NCBI GenBank assembly: GCA_050230475.1
Contig: JBFLGF010000154.1
Span: 45,932 to 65,931 of the forward strand
Reading direction: 5' to 3'
Source: Ancylonema sp.
Lineage: Eukaryota
DNA length: 20,000 nucleotides
The position numbers and the translations under genes were made by a program. Shown here one piece after another: positions 1 to 9,366 of this stretch (position 1 is its first letter; every line of letters starts with the position of its first letter). Under the pieces are notes generated by a model. It did not search any database and was not told the origin of the DNA. It saw nothing but the letters and a program-made list of their open reading frames with translations.

Positions 1-180
1 TTTGGGGGTCTTGGTGCCCCTCCTCTCGATTCCACGACTCTAGGAACCAAGAACTATTAAGAAAGAGGAGTTATAGAAAATAACAATAATACTTATAATA
101 ACTTTATTATATTTATTATAATAAAAAAAAAGGTAGGCACATCCTTGGGTCTTTTTCCACTTCTTCCTCTTCCCACTTAC

Positions 181-2976
181 CTCCTCCCCCACCCTCCCTA
201 AATCATAATCCTCCAAAAACCTTCGATCCTCCGGCTTCCCGGTCCCCACCGCCCCCTGGAGCACACCCCACCATTCCGATTGTCACCTCGATATAAGGGA
301 TATATAAAAGAAGAAGGGGAGGGAGGGCTTTTACTATCATGATGATTATTTGTATTGGGGGGGTTGGGCTTGACTTCGTCCACTATATGTCGGTTGTTTA
401 CCTATTCCGGTCATGAGATGCTGTGCTTGCGTCATCATCACCGTGCCACGTCATCACCATCATCATCATAGACACGTCATCACCATCATCATTGACACGT
501 CATCATCATCACCATCATTGACACGTCATCACCATCATCATTGACACGTCATCATACATCATCATGGTGCATATTCAGATTGCCCCCCCCCCCTCTCCAA
601 GGCGGGGGTCAATCGGAAAGCCGGGAGCTCATCCTAACGACAAGAAGACAGAATACTTCTTCTTTCAGTTTTTTTCTTCTTTGGTACGACGTGGAATGTT
701 CTTCCTTGCATAGAGCCACGCATAACGCGGCCAACGAAGGCAATAATGATGACAATAATGATGGCAATAATGAGAGCAATAATGATGGCAATAATGATGG
801 CAATAATGAGGGCAATAGTGATGGCAATAATGATGACCTCTATAACCCTGGCAGTGATGATGGCGGATAATAAGGAAATAATGAGGAAAATGTATGACAT
901 CAAATAACGGCAACGATGTCGACAATAAATAGTGATGATGATGGTAAGTATTAATGACGCCAATTAATGGTATTAAATAATAGTGACGGCTACATTGTTG
1001 GTAAATAATGTGGACGGCAAGTAATGATGATGATGGAAATTAATATGGACGGCAGAAAATGATGAGGGTAAATTATAAGGATGGTACATAATGATGATGG
1101 TAAATAATGATGATGGTAAATAACGATGATGGTAAAGTATGTTGATGGTAAAGAACGATGATGGTAAAGAATGATGATGGTAAAGAATGATGATGGTAAA
1201 AAATGATGATGGTAAATAATGATGATGGTAACTAATGATGATGGTAATCATAAATAAGATGATGGAAGGAAAGAATGACGGCCCAATTCACCTCCAGCGC
1301 CACGCTGTCCGTAATAATGATGTCCATGGTGTGGGGCCCACCTAGCGGCACACCGACTTTGTAGTACTGCGACCGCATCCTCCATTGAGCAGAAGAATTG
1401 GAGTGGAGGAGTTGCGCGGAAACGGAGCCTCGATGGTCGTGGTCGCCCAATGACATGTACCTGAAAAACGGTTGGGGGATTGGGTTGGGGGGGGGGGAGG
1501 GGCGGGGGGGGGGGGAAGGGGAAGGGGGGCACGTGTTGGAGGGTAGGTGTGTTACACGTGGGGATATCATGAGGAAGGAGGAAAGTGGCGTGATATTTGA
1601 CGCTCTTTGTTTTGGTGTTGTTTGATAATTGTTTGGCTTTGGTTGGGTGATGCTTACCAAGGAATCTTGAGGGAATCTCGGGTGTATACGTCCTGCAAGC
1701 CACCCAGAAAGATATACAAAAGATATTATAATTCTCGAAGTGGATAAGAGAGTGCGTCCTTTTTTTCTCACGGCATTCCACTAGAGGACAAAGGCCACTA
1801 TCTCACGATGCATTTACAACGTAATCAAAGGGAAAGAGAACGAAATGTTGAAGAGAAATCATTGACAACATGGAAGTATTCATGAGACGAATCGGAGGTG
1901 GGATGGGAGGGTGAGGTGACCTCGAAAACGGTATTGAAAAGCGGATCATCGACTCCAGACACGCCACGTGGATAGACGTTGTCTCCTAGAGAAACCACAA
2001 ACTTGGCCTGTTTCTCTTTCGCAGCCACCGACATCTGTAGCATGAGGAGGGAAATATCGGAGAAACATCACGTGGTGATCCGGATTCTACTCGTGTTGCT
2101 TCGTTGGGCGTGTGGACTTGCGATGGTGTAAACGGAATGCATGATTCACACGTGCGACTTTGGTTAGGGTATGTCGGACGGCGGAATCCTTCACAACGGG
2201 TTCATGGACACAACGGATTCGTAGACAATGGATTCGTGGACACAACGAATTCATGGACACAAAATATTCGTGGACACAATGGATTCATAGTCACAACGGA
2301 TTCGTGGACACGCCTTTCCGCTTTGAAAACTCAGGGGTCGACCGAGACAAAAGCAAAGGACTTGCATCGAAAATGTATATCGTGAGATAGTAATAGTTTT
2401 CCGTGCACCAAGCAACCAGCCTGGGAGAGCCAGTGCTCTGTGTTGAGGTCGTTCATGACAATATTGACAAAATCGTGACACAATAAGGACACTATTATGA
2501 AAGTTTCGATTTTTTCCACGCGCATCAAGTACTTGAATTTGGTTCTTTTTCTGCCACATCCTGTAATCAACCATGATATATGAGGCGCAGCCTGTGGGAT
2601 TACTACGATCACAGGGGAGCAGGGCTGCAACAGCAGGTATCAGACAAGTATGGTCAAGATTCAGCACATATAGTTTCCTGAAAAAAAAGATTCAGACCCG
2701 CCTAGCCAGCCCACCCTCCCGTCCCCCCCCGCCTGTCCGTCCGTCCGCCCCCCGCACCTGCTGCGCCACGAGCTTCTGGATTTCTGAGCCGCTTCCGAAG
2801 TCTCCAAGGCTCAAGAAGTATATAGGATCCGCAGTGAGAGACGATCCCGTGGGCCAGCACACGCATAAGAACAACAGAAAGCCGACCGCTGCTAACACCC
2901 CGATGTGCCAGACCTTTTCTACCCGAAGTGTTCGAGACGCTACAAGACGCATCGTCCCCGATCGCGCTGGAAACAT
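181..2976 (-). CDS. Purple acid phosphatase / tartrate-resistant acid phosphatase (ACP5-like) metallophosphoesterase, 3'-partial. Exons (minus strand): 2976-2758, 2034-1921, 1692-1658, 1460-1292, 255-181; continues beyond the left edge of the window
   Basis: Manually spliced at GT-AG junctions with consistent phases: MFPARSGTMRL...HIGVLAAVGFLLFLCVCW (hydrophobic signal/anchor)...YFLSLGDFG (DxG motif)...|MSVAAKEKQAKFVVSLGDNVY (GDxxY) PRGVSGVDDPLFNTVFE|DVYTRDSLKIPW|YMSLGDHDHRGSVSAQ...WRMRSQYY...IIITDSVALE|GAVGTGKPEDRRFLEDYDLGRVGEE. Motif order and spacing match small PAP/TRAP enzymes. The start could instead be the ATG at 2952. Exon 255-181 rests only on phase and a strong GAG|GTAAGT donor. Confidence 0.88.
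433..565. repeat. Intronic minisatellite, about 23-bp unit GACACGTCATCACCATCATCATT, 4-5 degenerate copies
   Basis: Tandem copies read directly from the sequence, inside phosphatase intron 4 (256-1291). Confidence 0.85.
738..836. repeat. Intronic 12-bp tandem repeat (GGCAATAATGAT)n, about 8 copies
   Basis: Directly visible. It explains the spurious periodic ORFs (LLPS, IIAI, HHYC, NNDG repeats). Confidence 0.9.
930..1268. repeat. Intronic degenerate ATG-rich tandem repeat, about 16-bp unit ATGATGATGGTAAAGA/ATGATGATGGTAAATA
   Basis: Directly visible, most regular at 1090-1250. Confidence 0.85.
2192..2311. repeat. 17-bp tandem repeat CACAACGGATTCGTGGA, 7 degenerate copies, in phosphatase intron 1
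   Basis: Head-to-tail copies with no spacers, read directly. Confidence 0.88.
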
Positions 2977-3235
2977 GACGCGCACGTCCAATCAGGAGGA
3001 CTCAAGGCAGCCGGGCTGCCTCCACCGGTACCACAGAGTGCACACGGGCATTGCCGTGCGTTGGCGTAAAATTTGGTTTTTCTTGCCCATCGCAAGGTGA
3101 GGCCGATAGGCGAGCGCATGAGCCCATGAAATTTTCGAGGTGTAAAAATTACTGTACCCGGTATGTGAACCCTCGTGACAACTTGTGTATTTTACGGGAT
3201 GTAACGGGACACATGGAAAAGCCGGACCTCCGGAT

Positions 3236-3252
3236 GTGGTATATACCACGTG
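3236..3252. promoter_or_regulatory. Perfect 14-bp palindrome GTGGTATATACCAC containing a P1BS-type motif (GTATATAC, 3239-3246) and overlapping a G-box CACGTG (3247-3252), in the divergent intergenic region
   Basis: Matches GNATATNC (plant PHR1 site) about 260 bp upstream of the phosphatase ATG. Function is inferred only. Confidence 0.4.
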
Positions 3253-3702
3253 CCCTGTCCAGGTGGATACATGCTGACAAGGAACCAGTCAAAAGCACCG
3301 GTCCAAGAGGTAAATACCTGCCACGTAGGAAAGTGTAAAATGCGGGAGTCCGACAAAAAAAATCTCGAACTCCGACAGATTTCGACTTGAACCATGAAAA
3401 GACTAGCTGACTGCAATAAGTTCGAATAACGTTATCGACAACGATTTACGATTTAATATTGCGGTCTTATTCGTCCAGTTTCAAATATTCAGAAAATATC
3501 CTTTTGAGACCTGATATATAGTTGGTAAATGAGAACGCAATATTTATTATTGACAGGATCTGCGCATCCGTCTGGATACGATTCCAATCGCCAGGTCAGA
3601 GACTTTTTTTGGCTCGCAGCTTCTCGTTGAATGAAGCTGTATCTGCCATTGACAGAAGGCTTATCCCCATACAATTTGGTTGCAGCAAATTAGGAACTAG
3701 AC

Positions 3703-6701
3703 ATGGCTTCTGCTCAGCTTGTACGAACCGTTTCTGCTGCGGCTTTGCTGCAGTCAGCCTCCACTTCTGGTTCCGACTTAAAACTTGGCTGCTCATTTTG
3801 CCCCGGAGGAAGAAGAAATACCCGCTTGAATAGAAATGTCCAGTCCACGACCGTGCGATATCGTCCCGTTTGCGTGTCTGCTTCCGATAACACTGAAACA
3901 ACAACCAAAGCAGACGTCGACATCCTACCTTCTGGAGAATGGCCAGAAAACTTCTCTATGCTCAACTATGAGGACCTTTCTGCGCACTATGCACCTGACA
4001 TATTCAAGAAAGAGGTGTGCATAGTAACAGAGAAGAATGGTTGCTCCGGGTAGGCGACTGGGTGGAGAAACACCAAATCAACATCATTACTGTCATTTAT
4101 TTATTTATTCCACGTGCACAATTTTTGAATCGCGGGTATTTGTTGCTCTCACAGAAGCCTGTTTGTGCACTTGTTGGTGAACAGTATGCATGCAAATTGG
4201 TACCTGCATCACCACATTGACTTTCTCCTACAGATGCATCAAGTTTCTGAAGATTTAGAATTGACAGTCGACACTTCGCCTCCTTTGCAGGCCCAACCTA
4301 ACACAATGCTAGCTGACATCATGTCCAAGAAAGTGTGGAGTGCATTCACAGACACAACCCTGGAGGAAGTCAGCCACCATTTTGAGGACGTCACTGGTGT
4401 GCCAGTGGTGAACAAAGACTTGGTCTGCGTTGGCGTTCTAAGCAAGAAGGATGTGATGGATTCGGACAGGGTACGTGATACTGCTGCTGTTGGTGCTTGC
4501 TTAATATTTTATGTTTGGTACAAAATCTGTTTTCTACTCTACGTGAAGTTCCTGCCGCTTGCATGACCCAAAGGTCCTACAGCAGCTCTTAAACGTCCAG
4601 CACACACGTGGATATTTTTGCGTCATAAGTGGAGAATCAATATGTTTTGATTACTGCCCGTTGTTCATAGTTGCTGCAAAACCGAGCGCCCATAGCTTTG
4701 TGGCTACAGTCGGCCAAACTTTTTTTGACAGAGTTTTGGCATTCTTACACGTTAGCACAGCTTGGCGTCAGCTCAGGCTCCGAACTCAATTTCGGAGCCG
4801 AGAAGTAGATCTTTGGTAGGCAACGGGGAAGGAGAGAGATTTCTTGTGATAGTCGAGCTGTACATTTTTTCAGTTTAGTATACTACGTCCTTCGCGTTCT
4901 TGCACTGGTACAGCCTCCAACTGCTATACACTCTTCTCAACCAAGATGGTATCATATGCTTGTATCACGTAATGTCAAACCTGGGGGAGTACTAAACAGC
5001 TTTGTATTCTACTGTGTTGTTTACAGAGCACCAAGGTGGGAGATGTCATGTCAACGCCAGCAATTACCATCACTGCTGGCGAGACTGTGAAGGGTGAGCA
5101 TTTTTCAAGATGGTGTAAACAACCTACATTGGAGAAGTATGATTATATCCACTGTGGTTTGTGTGGTTATTACTGATATCTGGGGCAACTTCGGAATTAT
5201 AGCAGCCTACCACTACCACCTCGTCATTCACTCTCTGAGCCTGGGACTGGAGAAGGTGTGGAATAATGTAGTGAAACCTCTTTATAACGAGGTTTCATCG
5301 TTCGTTCTTCAAATAATTGAATGAGCACAATGAGAAGATGACTGCATGTGCTTTCTGGCTCTGCCATCATTCAAAGTTCGGGTAGTCAAGATTTGAAAAG
5401 GAAAAAAAAAAAAAAAAGGGCGCTGGTAGCACTGACATGTACGTCGCTGGCATACTTTTACTGATTTTTTAGTACAATGATATAAATCACAACGACGAAG
5501 CAGTGGGAAGCTTGGTTGATTGAGTGTTGGTTTAAGGCTGCCTGAGGTACAGCAAGGCAGAGGTAGCACAGCTGAGGTAGTACTGCTTCTGTCCGCGGAT
5601 GGGAGTACAAAAAGCGCTATCAAATTCTGCAGTTCCAGTGATAAATGCGTGAACTTGAGAAGCACATGTTGACACGTCCATCCCTCCTTGGCCGAGCAGA
5701 TGCTGCTATCCTGATGTTGAGAGAGAAGGTGCACAGGCTGCCGGTGGTCAACGAGTCACATCAGCTGGTTGGTAAGTACTGCCATGCCCCAAACGGGTCC
5801 AGATAACCGGGTACTCAGTAACCCTCTGCTGCCCAATTTCGGAAGCGAAAATTTTGAGGGCGCCCTGAGGGGAAAGGCAGTCATGTATAACAATCATAAT
5901 CTTTAATTATAGGTGACTAGGCGAGGGGTGTCATTAAACAAAAACACACATGCAGTGGGCTCAGCTCCGGTTTAAAACTGCCTGGTAGGCTTATACAGTA
6001 TTATGCCGTCCTAGATACCCATGGGGAGGAGGTTGCTGTATGATGTGTATTGTGCGCTAAAAAAAAAATCAGGCAGAAGGGACAAACAGAGTGCGGGTAA
6101 CGGACATGTACAGGAAGGCAATACGGTGGGACTTCAAAGTAGAATGGAAGGTGATTGTATTGGAAGGGAGAGTATAAACTGCCAGGAACATGCAGGACAG
6201 TGCTGGAGACGAAAGGCAGAATCAGGGAATGGAATCAAGGGATGACCATGAAGAATTCAGAGTTCAAGAATTTTCAGAATTCAAGAATTCAGTGCCTGCT
6301 TTTGGACGACCTCCGACTGTCTTGACTTGAATCGAATCTACTTATCTTAGACTGCCATTCAGAAGAAGGCATGCTATTCCCATTCACCCAAATGAATGAC
6401 ATGGAGAAAATGAACGATGCGGGGGCATGTGAAATGACTTGTTTGTCAAAGAACGTTGTCAAACCAATTGGTGTACGCGGACTACAGTCTTCGACCGCCA
6501 TGTGAATACAAGACCGGAAGGCGAGTAGACTGGTAGCTTGTAAGTGGCATACGTGTTAAATCCATGACTTCCTCCAAAGTAATCACCACCATCTTCATGC
6601 GCCCTCTGCTCTGACGAATTCATGGGTTGTTTGGTTGGACAGGAATCGTGACGAGAACGGACATCTTCACAGCGCTCGAGGGTCTTCCTTTGAGGGACTA
6701 G
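3703..6701 (+). CDS. CBS-domain-pair protein (CBSX-like), probably plastid-targeted, 229 aa. Exons: 3703-4014, 4291-4470, 5027-5093, 5700-5771, 6643-6701
   Basis: All introns are GT-AG with consistent phases (0,0,1,1). The N-terminus is Ser/Arg/Ala-rich and transit-peptide-like. CBS1: LADIMSKKVWSAFTDTTLEEVSHHFEDVTGVPVVNKDLVCVGVLSKKD. CBS2: KVGDVMSTPAITITAGETVKDAAILMLREKVHRLPVVNESHQLVGIVTRTDIFTAL. Stop TAG at 6699-6701. Confidence 0.92.
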
Positions 6702-7344
6702 GGTCGAGTTACTTTGTAGGAAGGAAACGAAACAAGAACCCGGTGGAGGCCTCTCTTGTTGAGTAGAGACTAGGCAGTGATAGGGTTGTCATATTGTGAG
6801 TCTCGTGAAGTGCCCACGAACACAAAGACGAACACGAAGACGAACACGAACACGTACAGGAACCTCTTCGCGCTTGTTCATATGAGTCCGAGAGTGGTAG
6901 TTGTTGGTTTAGTAGAAGTTGTGATAACGGGGGGTGGCAGATGTGGCAGTTCTTTAGAGGACTTCGAGGGTGATATCGTGTGGAGTTGGAATGCGTCGAC
7001 GAATAACGAGTAGGCCTATGTCGGATAAGATGATATATGTGCATATGTGACGTTTTGTACCAAATTATAAGAGCTCTCCTCATGCTAGATAATCTTGGAT
7101 ACTTTTGATGCGGCCGGTTTAAGTTATGTAGTAAGTTGTCTGCCACACTCACAATCTCTTTCTTGCAATTGGACATCAGAATGTGTTTGGCATATCGAAG
7201 TATCATGTTGGTTTGAGAGGGTTTTAGAGGAAGCCGATCTTGTTGCATTCACAGAAGTTGTTGACAATGCATTCACTTCATCGCGAGTTGGTATCATGGG
7301 GCATGCCAGCCTACCAGTATTCATATGCTACTTGCAATAGTTCC

Positions 7345-7646
7345 ATCCGGGCATGTCCGGGTTTCTCTTGACATGTCCGGGGCACGTCCCGGACACAAGC
7401 ATCCTTGCCAAAAATATGGCCATGAAAACGAATGAGCATAACGCCTAAGCAAGAAATGTCTCTTCGACTACTAGTTTATTCACTGTGAAGTCACCAGTGT
7501 ATGTTAGTAATCAACTCATGACACGGGAACCCCCCTTGTCTCTTTGACATAAACAATAGAATACTAGACTACTAGAATGACTAAAAATAAGAATTTTTCA
7601 TTTCCCTCTCGGCCTCGGACGTGTCCGGGACATGCGGTGTCCGGGC
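7345..7646. mobile_element. Probable MITE remnant with clustered TGTCCGGG/CCCGGACA subterminal motifs at both ends
   Basis: GCACGTCCCGGACAC (7382-7396) and GTGTCCGGGACATGC (7621-7635) are inverted with one mismatch and flank an AT-rich core. No clear TSD. Confidence 0.45.
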
Positions 7647-7719
7647 CAAATGCGAGACTTGTCTTATACAAAGTTGTTTGGGATCCAACTACAACTTCTT
7701 GCGTAGAATAGTAAAACTT

Positions 7720-8743
7720 GTCTCAATTAATAATGTCGGGACCGGAAAATATTATTACTTAAGACGAGGTATTACCTAAGACAGTATTGATTCCAAATGT
7801 CCTAAATCCAGTTGCTATGTGAATACAATGGGCAACAGGTTATTATCCACGTCGGAATCAACCCAAACGTGTATTTTCACATAGTCATAATCATAATCAT
7901 AATGATGTCTCATTCTTGTTTTCTTAATATATAAACTATAGCTAAGTTGTAAAGATAAGCCAACCCTCCAATAGTGTACCCCGCATTACTCTATAAAATT
8001 ACCGTCTCTTTATATATTCGTTTTCTAAACATCAAAGTCGCTTTTTCTTTCGGTTTTGCCCCCCCCCTCCTCCCCCACATATTGAACCCCTTATCCGTAC
8101 AAATATTTTTTAAGGATACGTACGGATTCCGTAAATTATCAATTAGCACGTCGGCGGGACCGGGGGAAAACAGTAGTCATTAAGTTTGAGAGGTTTGTCT
8201 ATAATTTCACTCTCCCAAGGTATCAATTAATATCAATTAATATCAAAAAATATCAATTAAGACACGATACTATTTCATACCACTTTACTCAGAAATTTTT
8301 TAATGTATGTTGATAATGCATCATATATTTTTTACAGGTCATAAAGTTACATTGGGGTTTGCCATATATGGCCTATCTAGGGTTGTGGATATGAAAAAAT
8401 CTGAATTTAGGCGTCCATACGAGTTTTACAGATTACACATATTTCACGGTTGCCTTCCATATTGAACGTTATGTATGTCATTACTGATTTATTGTAAATC
8501 CCCTAATCGAAGTAAAAATCACGGGACTGGAAGAATGGTGCATTTTAAGTAGGTTGAGGAATAAACGAAATATGAAAATGTAATGCACTGAAACTATCTA
8601 AAGGAATATTGGGCAAACGAATTATTGTCTTATATAATATGATATTTTCCGCGAAATTTCAGGTTTTCGCCCAAAATCTAAAGTAGAATTTAATAAAATG
8701 TCTAAATTGTTATTATTTTTCGGTCGCGACATTATTAATTTAG
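7720..8743. mobile_element. About 1-kb AT-rich segment bounded by roughly 45-bp degenerate inverted repeats (non-autonomous DNA transposon remnant)
   Basis: TCTCAATTAATAATGTCGGGACCGGAAAATATTATTACTTAAGAC (about 7721-7765) versus the reverse complement of about 8700-8743, TCTAAATTAATAATGTCGCGACCGAAAAATAATAACAATTTAGAC. True termini and TSD not identified. Confidence 0.55.
8221..8260. repeat. 10-bp tandem repeat (TATCAATTAA) x4
   Basis: Directly visible; the third copy is degenerate. Confidence 0.85.
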
Positions 8744-8972
8744 AAAAAAAAAAAAACCTTGAAGACTTGACGGATTACATATTTTCATTTGTGAGCAAAG
8801 TAAAATAATGGTGCTTTGTTTTCGAGAAATAAAAGTTTTAACCAATTTGGTAATCATCTTGATGAAATCATCAACAATAACTTTATTCATGGTTCACAGA
8901 TAAATCATAAATTGATTAATTATATTATAATTCTTATGCTAATAAGATAATTTTTCCTAAACACCGAAATTA

Positions 8973-9366
8973 CGACCGTCGCCGGACTGTACTTTCAACG
9001 ACTTCACAACCGGGGGCCATAACAGAATGTCCAAGATTACCGGTGGGCGGTGGTTCGAATCCCGTCTCCTCCACTTTCCCGCTCACACGGATTTTCCGTG
9101 GGGGTTAACAATTTATATGTTGACCGGCCCGCGTTCACATACGCGGTGCACCCTCGGGGAGGGGGTGCCCGTAGCGCGGAACATCAGCTCCGGTCATTCT
9201 GGGGGTGCTGGGGGTTCTCGGGACGCAAACCCCTTGCGGGGGGGATAGTGTCAGGGATCGGCATCTCGGTATATATTGTATCTGTGATGACCAAGTCCCA
9301 TCTTGGACATTTTGTGCCTTTTATGGCCCGGTTGTGAAGTTTGAAAGTACAGACCGGCGACGGTCG
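8973..9366. mobile_element. Non-autonomous TIR element (MITE-like, 394 bp) with about 65-70-bp TIRs and TA on both sides (Tc1/mariner-type TSD)
   Basis: Left end CGACCGTCGCCGGACTGTACTTTCAACGACTTCACAACCGGGGGCCATAA...AATGTCCAAGAT. Right end ATCTTGGACATT...TTATGGCCCGGTTGTGAAGTTTGAAAGTACAGACCGGCGACGGTCG. TA at 8971-8972 and 9367-9368. Confidence 0.85.
9045..9245 (+). ncRNA. tRNA-derived 3' half (B box GGTTCGAATCC, then CTCCTCC-A) followed by a GC-rich multi-hairpin body; SINE-like or structured RNA fragment
   Basis: B box at 9052-9062. Hairpins: CACGGA/TCCGTG, CCGCGT/ACGCGG, GCACCC/GGGTGC, enclosing stem TGACCGG/CCGGTCA, CCCC-TTGC-GGGG. No A box or tRNA 5' half visible. Confidence 0.45.

Noticed and set aside
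401..420. Possible micro-exon of the phosphatase (CAG|CATCTC...ATAG|GTAAAC)
   Set aside because: It would change the phase between exons 4 and 5, which already join in frame, and shows no family similarity.
541..1251. ORFs with striking periodic peptides (HHYC repeats, IIAI, LLPS, NNDG)
   Set aside because: They are translations of intronic 12- and 16-bp tandem repeats inside the phosphatase gene; there is no independent coding evidence.
2192..2311. Possible CRISPR-like array
   Set aside because: Repeats are head-to-tail with no unique spacers, the context is a eukaryotic intron, and no cas genes are present.
6709..7340. ORFs downstream of the CBS gene (179 aa minus strand, 81 aa plus strand)
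   Set aside because: No recognisable motifs or splice structure; they overlap the probable 3' UTR and a short ACGAAC repeat.
9040..9075. Intact tRNA gene
   Set aside because: Only a B box and an acceptor-like 3' strand are present. There is no A box, D arm, anticodon arm or matching 5' acceptor strand, and the T stem is imperfect.
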